Below, piece after piece: positions 8,427 to 17,918 of a stretch of 64,000 nucleotides of DNA; the first letter of the stretch is position 1; each line of letters opens with the position of its first letter. Made by a program: the position numbers and the translations under genes. Under the pieces are notes generated by a model. The model was not told the origin of the DNA. It was given only the letters and a program-made list of their open reading frames with translations, and did not search any database. Source of the stretch: Syntrophomonadaceae bacterium (GTDB taxonomy: Bacteria > Bacillota > Syntrophomonadia > Syntrophomonadales > Syntrophomonadaceae); NCBI GenBank assembly GCA_012515055.1, contig JAAYZA010000318.1:42489-106488 (forward strand). The letters run 5' to 3'.

Positions 8427-11400
8427 TTAAGCCCTCCTTATGTCGCATAGCCATGCTTTGTATTCCGGTATCATGGTATTGGCATCACCGATATGCGGTG
8501 TCAGCCAATTGGCAATATCTCCAGTGGCATAACCTTTAAAACCATATTGCCAGACCATGCCTATTTGATGTACCGGCTTTCCATGGATAAGGAATGGTTT
8601 GAATCTCTTGGTAACACAAGCCACTGCTTTTAAATCACCGCGAGTGGTGGAAACGATCACATCATGTCCGTTCTTGATACCCTTTTCCTTGGCCAGTTCT
8701 TCACTTAGTTCCACAAACATATCCGGCATCAGTTCAGCCAGCCAGGGCAGGTTACGGGTCAAAGCCCCGGTCTGCCAGTGTTCGGAAACACGATAAGTGG
8801 TGGCGATGATGGGGTATTCTTCAGAGGTTCCCTGTTTATCCGGCTCAATTATTTTGGTGGCTGGATTCAGGTTCTGGCTGTTCATCCTGTTTTCCGTCGG
8901 GCTTTCCCAGGGTTCATAGTGTTCCGGGAAGGGGCCGTCCTTCATGGAAGAGGCGGTTGCAAACAAGCAACCCAAGCCCTCCGGACGCATGATAAAGGGC
9001 TTGGTGAAATTGGGTTTATCAGGACTGGTAGTACCAATAAAATCTGGTACGTCTACTCCCACCCATTTGCCCTGTGCTTCATCCCAGTTGACCAGTTTGC
9101 GGTCTTCATCTCCCGGCCAGGGAGTGACACCATCCGGCTGTACTGAGCAGCGGTTATAAATAATGCGGCGGTTAACCGGCCAGGCCCAGCCCCATTCGGG
9201 GAAAATTCCCAGACCGCTGGGGTCATCCTTTTTACGGGATTGTGGTTTATAGAACCATTCGCCGTCTTTCAGTGTAGCACCACCGCAGTAAATCCAGTTT
9301 CCACAGGCAGTACTGCCATCATCCTTCAGATTGGCGAAACCTTCAACGGGTTTACCGTCGGATAAAAAGTAACCACAGAGTTCATAAGCTACTTTAAGCA
9401 CATCATCATGTCCATCTTCATTTTCGTAATCCCAGGTCATGTTTTTGATGGGTTCATCTTCAGGGCGGCTGCTGTCCGCATACAATTGCTGCAGTTTTTT
9501 AGCCAGTTCGTTATAGATCCACATATCTGCTTTGGATTCACCGACGGGCTCAGCACCTTTCCAGCGGAACTGAACCAGACGTCCGGTCTGGGCAGCGGTT
9601 CCTTCTTTTTCATATACTGCTGCCGCCGGCAGGAAGAATACCTCGGTCTGGATGTCAGTGGGCTTGACCGGATTGAATTTGTCATTGTAGACCGGCCTTC
9701 TCCAGGCATCGTAGGTCCAGAACTCGGCGGTTTCATGCAGCCATAAATCGATTACCACCAGCCATTTCAATTTGGTTAATGCCAGCAGTTCTTTGTTGGC
9801 ATTGGGTCCACCTACTACCGGGTTGGAACCATTTATGACCAGCCCGTCGATTTCACCTTTTAACATATTCTCAAACATCATCATATGGGAATAATTCTTT
9901 TTAGCATCCCGTTTGGGCAGGTAATGATAGGCAAAATCATTGCCGGCAGTTGCAGCATCGCCATACCAGGCTTTGAGCATACTTACCAGCCATTTGGAGC
10001 TGTGGATCTTCCAGCCGGAATTGGGGAAGCCTTCCTTGACCAGTTCACGGAATTCTTCCAGAGTGGTGAAAGGCAATTTAGCTGCTCCGGGAGTGATTTT
10101 CCTTACAAAGGAAATCAAATCTTTGTCAGATGCTGCATTGGTGGGGGAATCAAGGTAACCGGGCAGGTTGCCAAACAACAGAGCCATGTCTGTTGCTCCC
10201 TGAACATTGTTTTCACCGCGGAGGGCATTTACACCGCCCCCTGGCCGGCCCATATTGCCCAGCAGCATTTGTACAACGGAAAAAGCCCGGACGTTCTGGC
10301 TGCCGACCGTATGCTGGGTTATGCCCATGGCATACATAATGGTGCCGGTTTTATCCGGTGCCCCGGTGGCGCAGAAGGTTTCCAGGACTTCCAGGTATTT
10401 ATTCCTGGGGGTTCCGGTTATTTCACAAACGGTATCGATATCATAACGCTCGTAGTGTTTTTTCAATAATTGAAAAACACATTGGGGATCCTGCAAAGTA
10501 GGATCAGTTAATGGTGAACCATTTTCATCCTTCTGATAGTCCCAGCTGCTCACATCGTATTGGCGGTTCTCCTGGTCGTAGCCGGAAAACAGACCATCTT
10601 CAAAGCTGAATTCTTTTTTTATCAGGCATGAAGCATTGGTATAATGAAGAACGTAATCCTTATGATATAATTCGTTATCGATGATATACTTGACCATGCC
10701 GCCCAAAAAGGCGATGTCGGTGCCTGATCTCAAGGGGGCATAAACATCAGCACGGGCCGAAGTCCTGGTAAAACGCGGATCAACATGTATCAGCTTGGCA
10801 CCCCGGGTATCCCTGGCTTTAAGCAGCCACCTCATGGTAACCGGGTGATTTTCCGCACAATTACTGCCCATGATCAGCGCACAATCGGTGTTCTTAAGGT
10901 CGACCACATGATTGGTCATTGCTCCGCGTCCAAATGAAGGTGACAAACCTGCCACCGTTGCGGAGTGTCAGATACGGGCCTGGGTTTCCAGATAAACGAC
11001 ACCCAGGGAACGCATCATCTTGGAAAGGACATAGCACTCTTCGTTATCCAGTCCGGATCCTCCGATGGAAGCAATTTTTTCTGTACGGTTGACGATTACA
11101 TCACTGCCATCGTCAAGTTTTTCTTTATGGATAAAGCTGCTGTCACGGGACTCTTTTATTTTTGCAGCGACCTTGTCCAACATCCAATCCCAATCTTTTT
11201 CTTCCCATTTGGTTGAACCGGGAGCACGATAAAGGGGTTTTTGCACTCTTTTTGGATTGATGATCTGTTTACCGGTATCCGGATCGTAGATCTCCCTGAG
11301 GTTGAACATAGCCGAGCCCTTACTGCAGGCCCCTCCCATGTTGATAGGATTATCAGGGTCGCCATGGACACTCAGGAGTTTAACATAATTGCCGTCATTA

Positions 11401-11597
11401 TCGTATTCTGCATAAACAACCAGACCACAGCCCGATGCACAATAAGGACAAATCGTTGGTACAGGTGTAATATTCTTTATCCTTAATTGCTTGACTGCGG
11501 ATGCCGTAGCCTCGAAATTAAAACCCAGCTCAGCCACTGACATAATAGCAGCAGTCGCCCCGGTCAATTTGAGGAATTGCCTACGGGTTACTCTCAT
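8427..11597 (-). CDS. fdnG: Tat-exported formate dehydrogenase catalytic subunit, selenocysteine-containing
   Basis: ORFs 10968..11597 and 8427..10955 share one frame. They are joined by TGA (10970-10968) in the context ETQARI-U-HSATVAGLSPSFGRGAMTNH. Twin-arginine signal MRVTRRQFLKL. Confidence 0.9.
10939..10967 (-). promoter_or_regulatory. Candidate SECIS hairpin for the fdnG UGA
   Basis: GGUGGCA-GGUU-UGUCACC: 7 bp including one G-U pair. It starts 11 nt after the UGA and resembles my recollection of the E. coli fdhF apical hairpin. Confidence 0.6.
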
Positions 11598-11656
11598 AAA
11601 CTCACACTCTCCTTCCCCACTTACTTTAGTTAAAGTATCGTTTTCCCCTTGTCCCG

Positions 11657-11685
11657 ATTATAGCATTTAACAGGAAAAAAATTCA
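11657..11685 (-). promoter_or_regulatory. Candidate sigma-A promoter of fdnGHI
   Basis: On the minus strand: TGAATT, 17 nt, then TGcTATAAT (extended -10). It sits about 55 nt upstream of the fdnG ATG. Confidence 0.35.
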
Positions 11686-11881
11686 CCCCCCTTAAATTAG
11701 CAAAACTTCTTCCATCAACCCTGCCAAAAAAGCCTACGAAACCCCAATCCGCTCACTTTTTAGGTGCGATTTAAAGATATATAGTCAATCATATTAAAAT
11801 TCGACATAAGGCAAGCTTAATCCTTGCCCGCCAGGGCAGCTTTATATTATATAAGAGAAAATTATCCCAGGTATAACCAAA

Positions 11882-13801
11882 TTAAATGTTATTGGCCATG
11901 ATTATTTGCCCGCTCAATTCCAAATCATAACCACCGATAGCCATTATCCGCTCTTTGAATTCATCACTGGCAATGGCAGTTTGCAGGCGTTCAAGGTTGG
12001 CTGCCGTAAATAATTGCGGCAGGATGCAAATATCGTACTGTTCCTGGGTGATGGGTATAAAATCCAGGTCCAGGGCCCGGGCACTGGCGTAAATCCCCAA
12101 TCCGGTATCAGAGGCATTGTTTTTGATGGAAGCGGCCACAGCCAGATGGGTGTATTCCTCACGGTTATATCCATTGATTTTTTCTGGTGGTATATTTTCT
12201 TTTTCCAGCAGATAGTCCAGCAGGATTCTGGTTCCAGAACCATTTTGTCGATTGATATATCTGATTTGTGGAAGTAAAAGATCTTTTAATGATGTGATAC
12301 CACCGGGGTTATTTTTAGGTATGATAAGTCCCTGTTCCCGTTTGACCAGATTGACCAGCATCCATGGTTGTCCGGCCAAATATTTCTGGACATAGCTGAT
12401 ATTATAACCGCCGGTTTCATAATCCAATAAATGAAGTCCGGCAAAATGTGTTTCTTTTCGACGCAATGAAAAGATACCACCCATACTGCCGACATTAGCA
12501 GAGATAAGTCTTAATCCATATCTTTTTTGCAAAATATCGGTCAATATGTCGATGGAAAGGTCATGGCTGCCAATGGTTATGATGGAATTGTCAATTATAT
12601 TTAAGGGACGTCTCAAAGAAACAATACAGTTATCCCCAGCCTGCAAACCTTCAGAACCGCGCTGGATGCACAATATTCCGTCGGATTTGACCAGACTGGT
12701 AGTTATTCCGGCACCTTTCGCTAAAGGAAAACAAAGATGGTTTCCAGCAATTTTAACGATATTTACATGGTTAAAATCATCAACACCCATGGGAGAAGGC
12801 ATTTTGCGGGCGGTCCGGCATTCCAGTTCCGGTATAAGAGGCGGGGCGATGCCCTGCAGCTGGTAGATCAATGGCCGGGCGAAGAGATGAAAGATCAGAT
12901 CGGCTGAAACGGGATAACCGGGAACACCAATAAAGGGTTTTTGCCCTATCAAACCAAGAATAGCTGGTTTTCCCGGGCGGACAGCCAGACCGTGCAGGAT
13001 CACCTCGCCCATCTCTTCCAGCAGGGCAGCAGTATGATCTTCTCGTCCCGCTGATGAACCAGAGCAAACGACGATTATGTCGCACTGGGAAATTGTTTCC
13101 TGGATGGCCTGTCTGATTTGTTCCTTATCATCAATTACAATTGCCTGCTTTTTAACAATAGCGCCCCATTCTTCACACAGAGCCTTGAGCATGTGGCTGT
13201 TTGATTCCACGATTTGTCCGGGGGGCATTTCATCACTGCCCTGGGCAACTAATTCAGTACCGGTAGGGATAATGCCAACAATTGGTTTTTTTACGGCTTC
13301 CAGACTTCTTACGCCGGCAGTTAACAGGGCAGCCGCTTCATAAGGTCCGATGCGGGTAAAGGCAGGGAACAACATATCATAGGTTACTATATCTTCACCC
13401 ACTGAGCGTATATGCTGCCAGGGCACAGCCGCTTTTATGATCTGCGCCATGCCATTAATGAAATTGACTTCTTCGATCATAATAACGGCATCATATTCGA
13501 GGGGAATATAATCACCGGTATCCACTTCCAAATAAGACTCCCGGGAAAGGTTCAGCGGGCTAACTTCTGTCGCCCCTGCAGTTATAGCAGCTTTCACCGC
13601 AATACCATCCATAGCGGAGGAAATATAATGGGGTGAAGAACGCCGGGCCAGGACTGCTGCAGCCGTTATCCGGTTCAAACTATCGGTTGTTTCAATTTCT
13701 TCGGTCTGGATACGGTAACAATTTTCTTCCTGCAAGCGCTGGTCAAAAAGTGTTTGCGCTTTTTCCAGGGGCATATTTTCTATATAGATATTGCGTTTCA
13801 T
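11882..13801 (-). CDS. moeA: MoeA-family molybdopterin molybdotransferase fused to a C-terminal periplasmic-binding-protein-like domain
   Basis: MoeA motifs (SMDGIAV, SGSSAGREDHT, VRPGKP) fill the first ~400 aa. A ~230-aa PBP-like tail follows (GSHDL...NRQNGSGTR). Confidence 0.8.
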   Translation of the reverse strand: MKRNIYIENMPLEKAQTLFDQRLQEENCYRIQTEEIETTDSLNRITAAAVLARRSSPHYISSAMDGIAVKAAITAGATEVSPLNLSRESYLEVDTGDYIPLEYDAVIMIEEVNFINGMAQIIKAAVPWQHIRSVGEDIVTYDMLFPAFTRIGPYEAAALLTAGVRSLEAVKKPIVGIIPTGTELVAQGSDEMPPGQIVESNSHMLKALCEEWGAIVKKQAIVIDDKEQIRQAIQETISQCDIIVVCSGSSAGREDHTAALLEEMGEVILHGLAVRPGKPAILGLIGQKPFIGVPGYPVSADLIFHLFARPLIYQLQGIAPPLIPELECRTARKMPSPMGVDDFNHVNIVKIAGNHLCFPLAKGAGITTSLVKSDGILCIQRGSEGLQAGDNCIVSLRRPLNIIDNSIITIGSHDLSIDILTDILQKRYGLRLISANVGSMGGIFSLRRKETHFAGLHLLDYETGGYNISYVQKYLAGQPWMLVNLVKREQGLIIPKNNPGGITSLKDLLLPQIRYINRQNGSGTRILLDYLLEKENIPPEKINGYNREEYTHLAVAASIKNNASDTGLGIYASARALDLDFIPITQEQYDICILPQLFTAANLERLQTAIASDEFKERIMAIGGYDLELSGQIIMANNI

Positions 13802-13922
13802 TTTTTACTCCCGGTATAATTGTTTTCATTATTTTAACCCAAACCAAAATATTATGAAAATATTGTTACAATTGACAACAAGGATTTTGCAAGATTTTCT
13901 AACTGCAGTATAATTTATAAAA

Positions 13923-15158
13923 ATGCTGACAGGGGATTATTCACTTATGAAAGATTTTTTCCAGGTTGTGCGTTATCAGCAGGCCTGGCACGAACTGATG
14001 AATGTCCGCCCCCCACAGGTATTGCAGACCCTTGGTTTATATGAAGCGGGGGGGCGGATCGCTGCCGCTGATGTAGGCAGTCGGGAGGATCTGCCCTCCT
14101 TTGACCGGTCAACTGTAGATGGCTATGCCCTCCGTGCCGGGGATATTTACGGATGCAGTGAGTCATCACCGGGTTTGCTGGAGAATGTGGGGGAGGTCAA
14201 AATGGGGCAGGAAACATCCCTGACACTGCACAAAGGACAATGCTGCTGGATCCCAACTGGAGGCATGCTGCCGGCGGGAGCCGATGCAGTCATAATGATG
14301 GAATATACTGAAAAACTGGATGAAAAAACGGTTCTGACCCATCGACCGGCGGCCCCCTTTGAAAATGTGATGCAGGCCGGGGAAGATGTCAGGGCCGGCC
14401 AAATAATAATCAGTGCCGGACAGGTGATCAGACCTGCGGACATCGGCTTGATGGCATCTTCGGGTGTTAAAAGCCTCCAGGTTTTCAAACCATATCGGGT
14501 GGGGATTATCTCCACCGGCGATGAGATTGTGCCGCCGGACCAGGAACTGGCACCTGGCGAGATCAGAGATGTCAATTCTTATGCCTTATATGCAGCTGTT
14601 GATGAATGTGGTGCCATCCCTACGGCTTACCCCTTGGTTAAAGATCAGTTCGCAGCTATTCAGCAGACTGTTGCTGCGGGACTGGCGGCCAATGATATTT
14701 TACTGCTTTCCGGGGGCAGCTCAGTAGGTGTCCTGGATGTTACTCTGGATGTTTTGATGTCCTTTGCCGATGCCAGGATGCTTTTTCACGGCCTGGCAGT
14801 CAAACCGGGCAAACCGACTTTGGCCGTGGGAATAAAGGATAAATTAGTCATAGGCTTACCCGGTCATCCGGTTTCGGCCCTGACCATATTCCATATACTG
14901 GTGGCCCCATTGCTCCGACCCCGGAATGAAATCCATGACTGCGAAGGTCATTTAAGTATCAATGTTTTTTCCCAGGCGGGGCGGGATGATTTTATACCGG
15001 CAGCTATTGAAGAGCAGAAAGATCAAAAACTGATTCACCCCTTACTGGGTAAATCAGGATTGATGAGTATTCTAGCCAGGGCCCAGGGTTTTATTCATAT
15101 TCCTTATGAAAAACAGGGGATCAAAGCCGGAGAAAAAATAAAAATAAGGATGTTTTAA
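13923..15158 (+). CDS. moeA: Molybdopterin molybdotransferase MoeA
   Basis: TVDGYA, SGGSSVGVLD and VKPGKP motifs. The start may instead be the ATG at 13947. Confidence 0.85.
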   Translation: MLTGDYSLMKDFFQVVRYQQAWHELMNVRPPQVLQTLGLYEAGGRIAAADVGSREDLPSFDRSTVDGYALRAGDIYGCSESSPGLLENVGEVKMGQETSLTLHKGQCCWIPTGGMLPAGADAVIMMEYTEKLDEKTVLTHRPAAPFENVMQAGEDVRAGQIIISAGQVIRPADIGLMASSGVKSLQVFKPYRVGIISTGDEIVPPDQELAPGEIRDVNSYALYAAVDECGAIPTAYPLVKDQFAAIQQTVAAGLAANDILLLSGGSSVGVLDVTLDVLMSFADARMLFHGLAVKPGKPTLAVGIKDKLVIGLPGHPVSALTIFHILVAPLLRPRNEIHDCEGHLSINVFSQAGRDDFIPAAIEEQKDQKLIHPLLGKSGLMSILARAQGFIHIPYEKQGIKAGEKIKIRMF

Positions 15159-15168
15159 ATGAGGTCAA

Positions 15169-16371
15169 ATGATGATGGAAAAAAGAGTCAGTCCTGAAAC
15201 AGCTCTGGCCAGATGTCTGCCCTGTATAAAACCGGTGGACGGTGTAGTGCTGCCGGTGGAAGAAGTCTGGCAAAGGGTTGTTGCGGCAGATATTTATACA
15301 GCGGTTGATATACCGCTGTTTTCTCATTCCCTGGTGGATGGTCTGGTGTTGCATCTCTCCGACCTGGACCGCCTGCAGCGGGATAAAGAAATATTGCTTT
15401 CTATCACCGGAACAATAGGGGCAGGGGACCTTGATTCCCCAGCCCTTGTGGCCGGAGAAACAATGGAGATCATGACCGGTGCCCGGCTTCCGGAGGGAGC
15501 GGGGGCAATCGTTAAAAGGGAAGAGGTACCGGTAAAAAACCGCTGGGCATATTTTAATCAGGGGGTCCAACCGGGTGCGAATATAAAAAAGAGGGGCAGC
15601 TTTTTAAAAAGCGGGGACCTGCTGGCGGCAGCTGGAGAAGTGCTGGGAGCAAGCCAGATCGAAATAATTGCCGCCGCAGGAATGCCGCAAATATTGGTTT
15701 ATAACATCCCTGCGGTTTATGTGATTAATACCGGCAGTGAATTAATCCTGCCTGGTGAAGAACGGCAGGCAGGACAGATTTTTGCCAGTAACAAGGCCTT
15801 TTATTACAGCCTGGTGAAAGCCGCCGGCTGTGATCCCATTGGTGGGAAACGCCCGGTAAAAGATCAGATCGGGGAAATCGCCGGGGAGCTGGTGGAGGGG
15901 ATTAAATGCAGTAAATTGCTGATCATCAGCGGTGGTACCGCTGAAGGAGAATATGATCTGGTTCAGGCAGCTTTCCACCAAATCGGTGCCCGGATGATTT
16001 TTGACGGCCTGGATTTAAAACCGGGACGGCATACTGCGGCAGCTGAAAAAGACGGCGTCTTGTTAATTAATCTGCCCGGCAATCCTGGTGCAGGCGCCAT
16101 CATATTTGAAATATTAGTCAAACCATTGCTGCGCAAACTAAGGGGAAGTACTGATTATCAAAACAGCTGGTTTGAATTATCTCCCCAGGACAATGATCTT
16201 CCGCTGACGAAACGGCGAACCATGGCCAGAGCCCGGGGTGAAATAAGAAAGGGGCAGATAAATGCCCGAATGATCGATAAAGGCAGCCAATCACTAACAG
16301 GTGGCATGCTGCAGCTGATCGTTGACCTTGATCCGTCCTCCCCAGCCATTAAGGCCCTCCTTATTGACTGA
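15169..16371 (+). CDS. Divergent MoeA-family paralog
   Basis: Same domain order as MoeA with degenerate motifs (SLVDGLV, SGGTAEGEYD, LKPGRH). Confidence 0.7.
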   Translation: MMMEKRVSPETALARCLPCIKPVDGVVLPVEEVWQRVVAADIYTAVDIPLFSHSLVDGLVLHLSDLDRLQRDKEILLSITGTIGAGDLDSPALVAGETMEIMTGARLPEGAGAIVKREEVPVKNRWAYFNQGVQPGANIKKRGSFLKSGDLLAAAGEVLGASQIEIIAAAGMPQILVYNIPAVYVINTGSELILPGEERQAGQIFASNKAFYYSLVKAAGCDPIGGKRPVKDQIGEIAGELVEGIKCSKLLIISGGTAEGEYDLVQAAFHQIGARMIFDGLDLKPGRHTAAAEKDGVLLINLPGNPGAGAIIFEILVKPLLRKLRGSTDYQNSWFELSPQDNDLPLTKRRTMARARGEIRKGQINARMIDKGSQSLTGGMLQLIVDLDPSSPAIKALLID

Positions 16372-17466
16372 TCAATTAATCCCGGCACTGTCAACCAGTT
16401 CCTTACACAAGCGATTTCTAAATTCCGTTAAACGGATAAAATCCATACAGGGTATATAAAATGCTTCCAATTCATCATGCCAGGTCCGGGCTTGAGCAAG
16501 AAAGCCGATTGCAGCATTGATTCCCGCCCGGCATCGTTTTTGGGCTGCCAGAAAATTCATCTCATTATCGATCCCTTTTAATGTCAATAAATCAAAATCA
16601 AGTTTCCGCTTGAATTTTCCCGTTAATGTAGCTGCATAATCAACGATATGTGCAGATATATCGATTAAGACACTCTGGGAAGAGGGGAATAAAATAAAAT
16701 CTATGTCGGCGGGTATAAATGGATTATGGAATATTTCAGCATCCAGGGAGTTAAGTTCTATCTGCTGCAGCACATGGGAAAACAGCTTTTGCATGCCGCT
16801 GCCCGGCCGGCCGGAAACCGCATAGACATCATAATCCGCATCGATTAAACTTTCATGTCTGGTTATGATCCCGGCTGGGGTGAGGGCTGCTGCAAAAATA
16901 TGCCGCGGTTTAAATTCGCTGTATTTACCGGTGGATAAGAAATCCTGTCCCAGGGCTAAAATGTTTTTATTGACGGAAGGCCAGTGCATTAATTGGCGGG
17001 CATAGAACTCCATTTCCTGCCAGGCGGCACCGGACTCCTGCAGGCGCAAATAGGCCAGTTGGAAATAAGCGCTGATGGTATTGGTTAAATTAATTATTGA
17101 TGTGCGATTTTTCTGAATCTTCTTTTGCTCCCAGAAACGACCCAGATTTATTATTTCATCCACTGCCCCGGGATAATGGGGATCGGCAACATGTGGCCGG
17201 GTGCCATCCAGGAGGCAAAACAGGTTATTGCCGATCACCAGGCCGTCCAGGGAATCGGGATCAGATGAGCACCAATGATATTCCAGATCATATCCCCGGT
17301 CGGCAAAAGTCTTGCTTATCTCCCGCATAAAGCTGGATTTTCCTGTTCCGGGTCCGCCTTTTAAAATAATTTTTCTGTTCACTTTTTCTCCCGCCATGGT
17401 GGGATAGAAATGATAAAAACCCTGGCAGGTATTGCCCCCGGAAAATAAATGTCTTTCGTTTCTCAC
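16372..17466 (-). CDS. P-loop NTPase of unknown function
   Basis: Walker A GGPGTGKSS. Its stop codon directly abuts the moeA paralog stop (TGATCA). No confident functional family. Confidence 0.6.
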   Translation of the reverse strand: MRNERHLFSGGNTCQGFYHFYPTMAGEKVNRKIILKGGPGTGKSSFMREISKTFADRGYDLEYHWCSSDPDSLDGLVIGNNLFCLLDGTRPHVADPHYPGAVDEIINLGRFWEQKKIQKNRTSIINLTNTISAYFQLAYLRLQESGAAWQEMEFYARQLMHWPSVNKNILALGQDFLSTGKYSEFKPRHIFAAALTPAGIITRHESLIDADYDVYAVSGRPGSGMQKLFSHVLQQIELNSLDAEIFHNPFIPADIDFILFPSSQSVLIDISAHIVDYAATLTGKFKRKLDFDLLTLKGIDNEMNFLAAQKRCRAGINAAIGFLAQARTWHDELEAFYIPCMDFIRLTEFRNRLCKELVDSAGIN

Positions 17467-17570
17467 ATAAATAACCCCCTTTTACTTTTAAAACATCTTA
17501 TGAAAACTTAATGCTTTTTAACCAAAAGAAACGGGAAGTATATTCATAAGGATGTTATTTATCTCCGGCA

Positions 17571-17602
17571 GAAAACAAAAAAGCAGATAATTAAACCTGC
17601 TG
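17571..17602 (-). terminator. Intrinsic terminator after the DUF896 gene
   Basis: On the minus strand: AGCAG-gtttaattat-CTGCT followed by TTTTTTGTTTT. Confidence 0.5.
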
Positions 17603-17624
17603 ACCCTTGAATATTTCTGTTTTT

Positions 17625-17792
17625 CTATTTTCGGCATCCTGCCTCTTCCAGCTGCTTTTCGACCCTGACCCTGACAAAGGCCAGGTATTTGATATAGAGT
17701 TCCCGTCTTTCTTCGGCCTCCTGCCTGGTCAGACCGGTAGTTTTTTGCTTGCGAGTCAAGATAATAATCCTGTCCAGTTCATGTTTTTCCAT
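17625..17792 (-). CDS. Small DUF896/UPF0291 (YnzC-like) protein
   Basis: Start at MEKHELDRI, 8 nt after GGAGG. The helical LTRQEAEERRELYIKYL pattern resembles Bacillus YnzC. Confidence 0.6.
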   Translation of the reverse strand: MEKHELDRIIILTRKQKTTGLTRQEAEERRELYIKYLAFVRVRVEKQLEEAGCRK

Positions 17793-17918
17793 GGTGAAAA
17801 CCTCCTTCCAGGTCACCACATGGCACCATTTAAAACATTAATTCATATATAATGTATTTAATTATACTTCCTCATTACATTATACTATTTTTTAATTATC
17901 TATGGGCAGAAAGCAGGA

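Noticed and set aside
16369-16374. Convergent stop codons with zero spacer (TGATCA) between the moeA paralog and the ATPase gene
   Set aside because: This is just tight convergent packing, with no additional signal.
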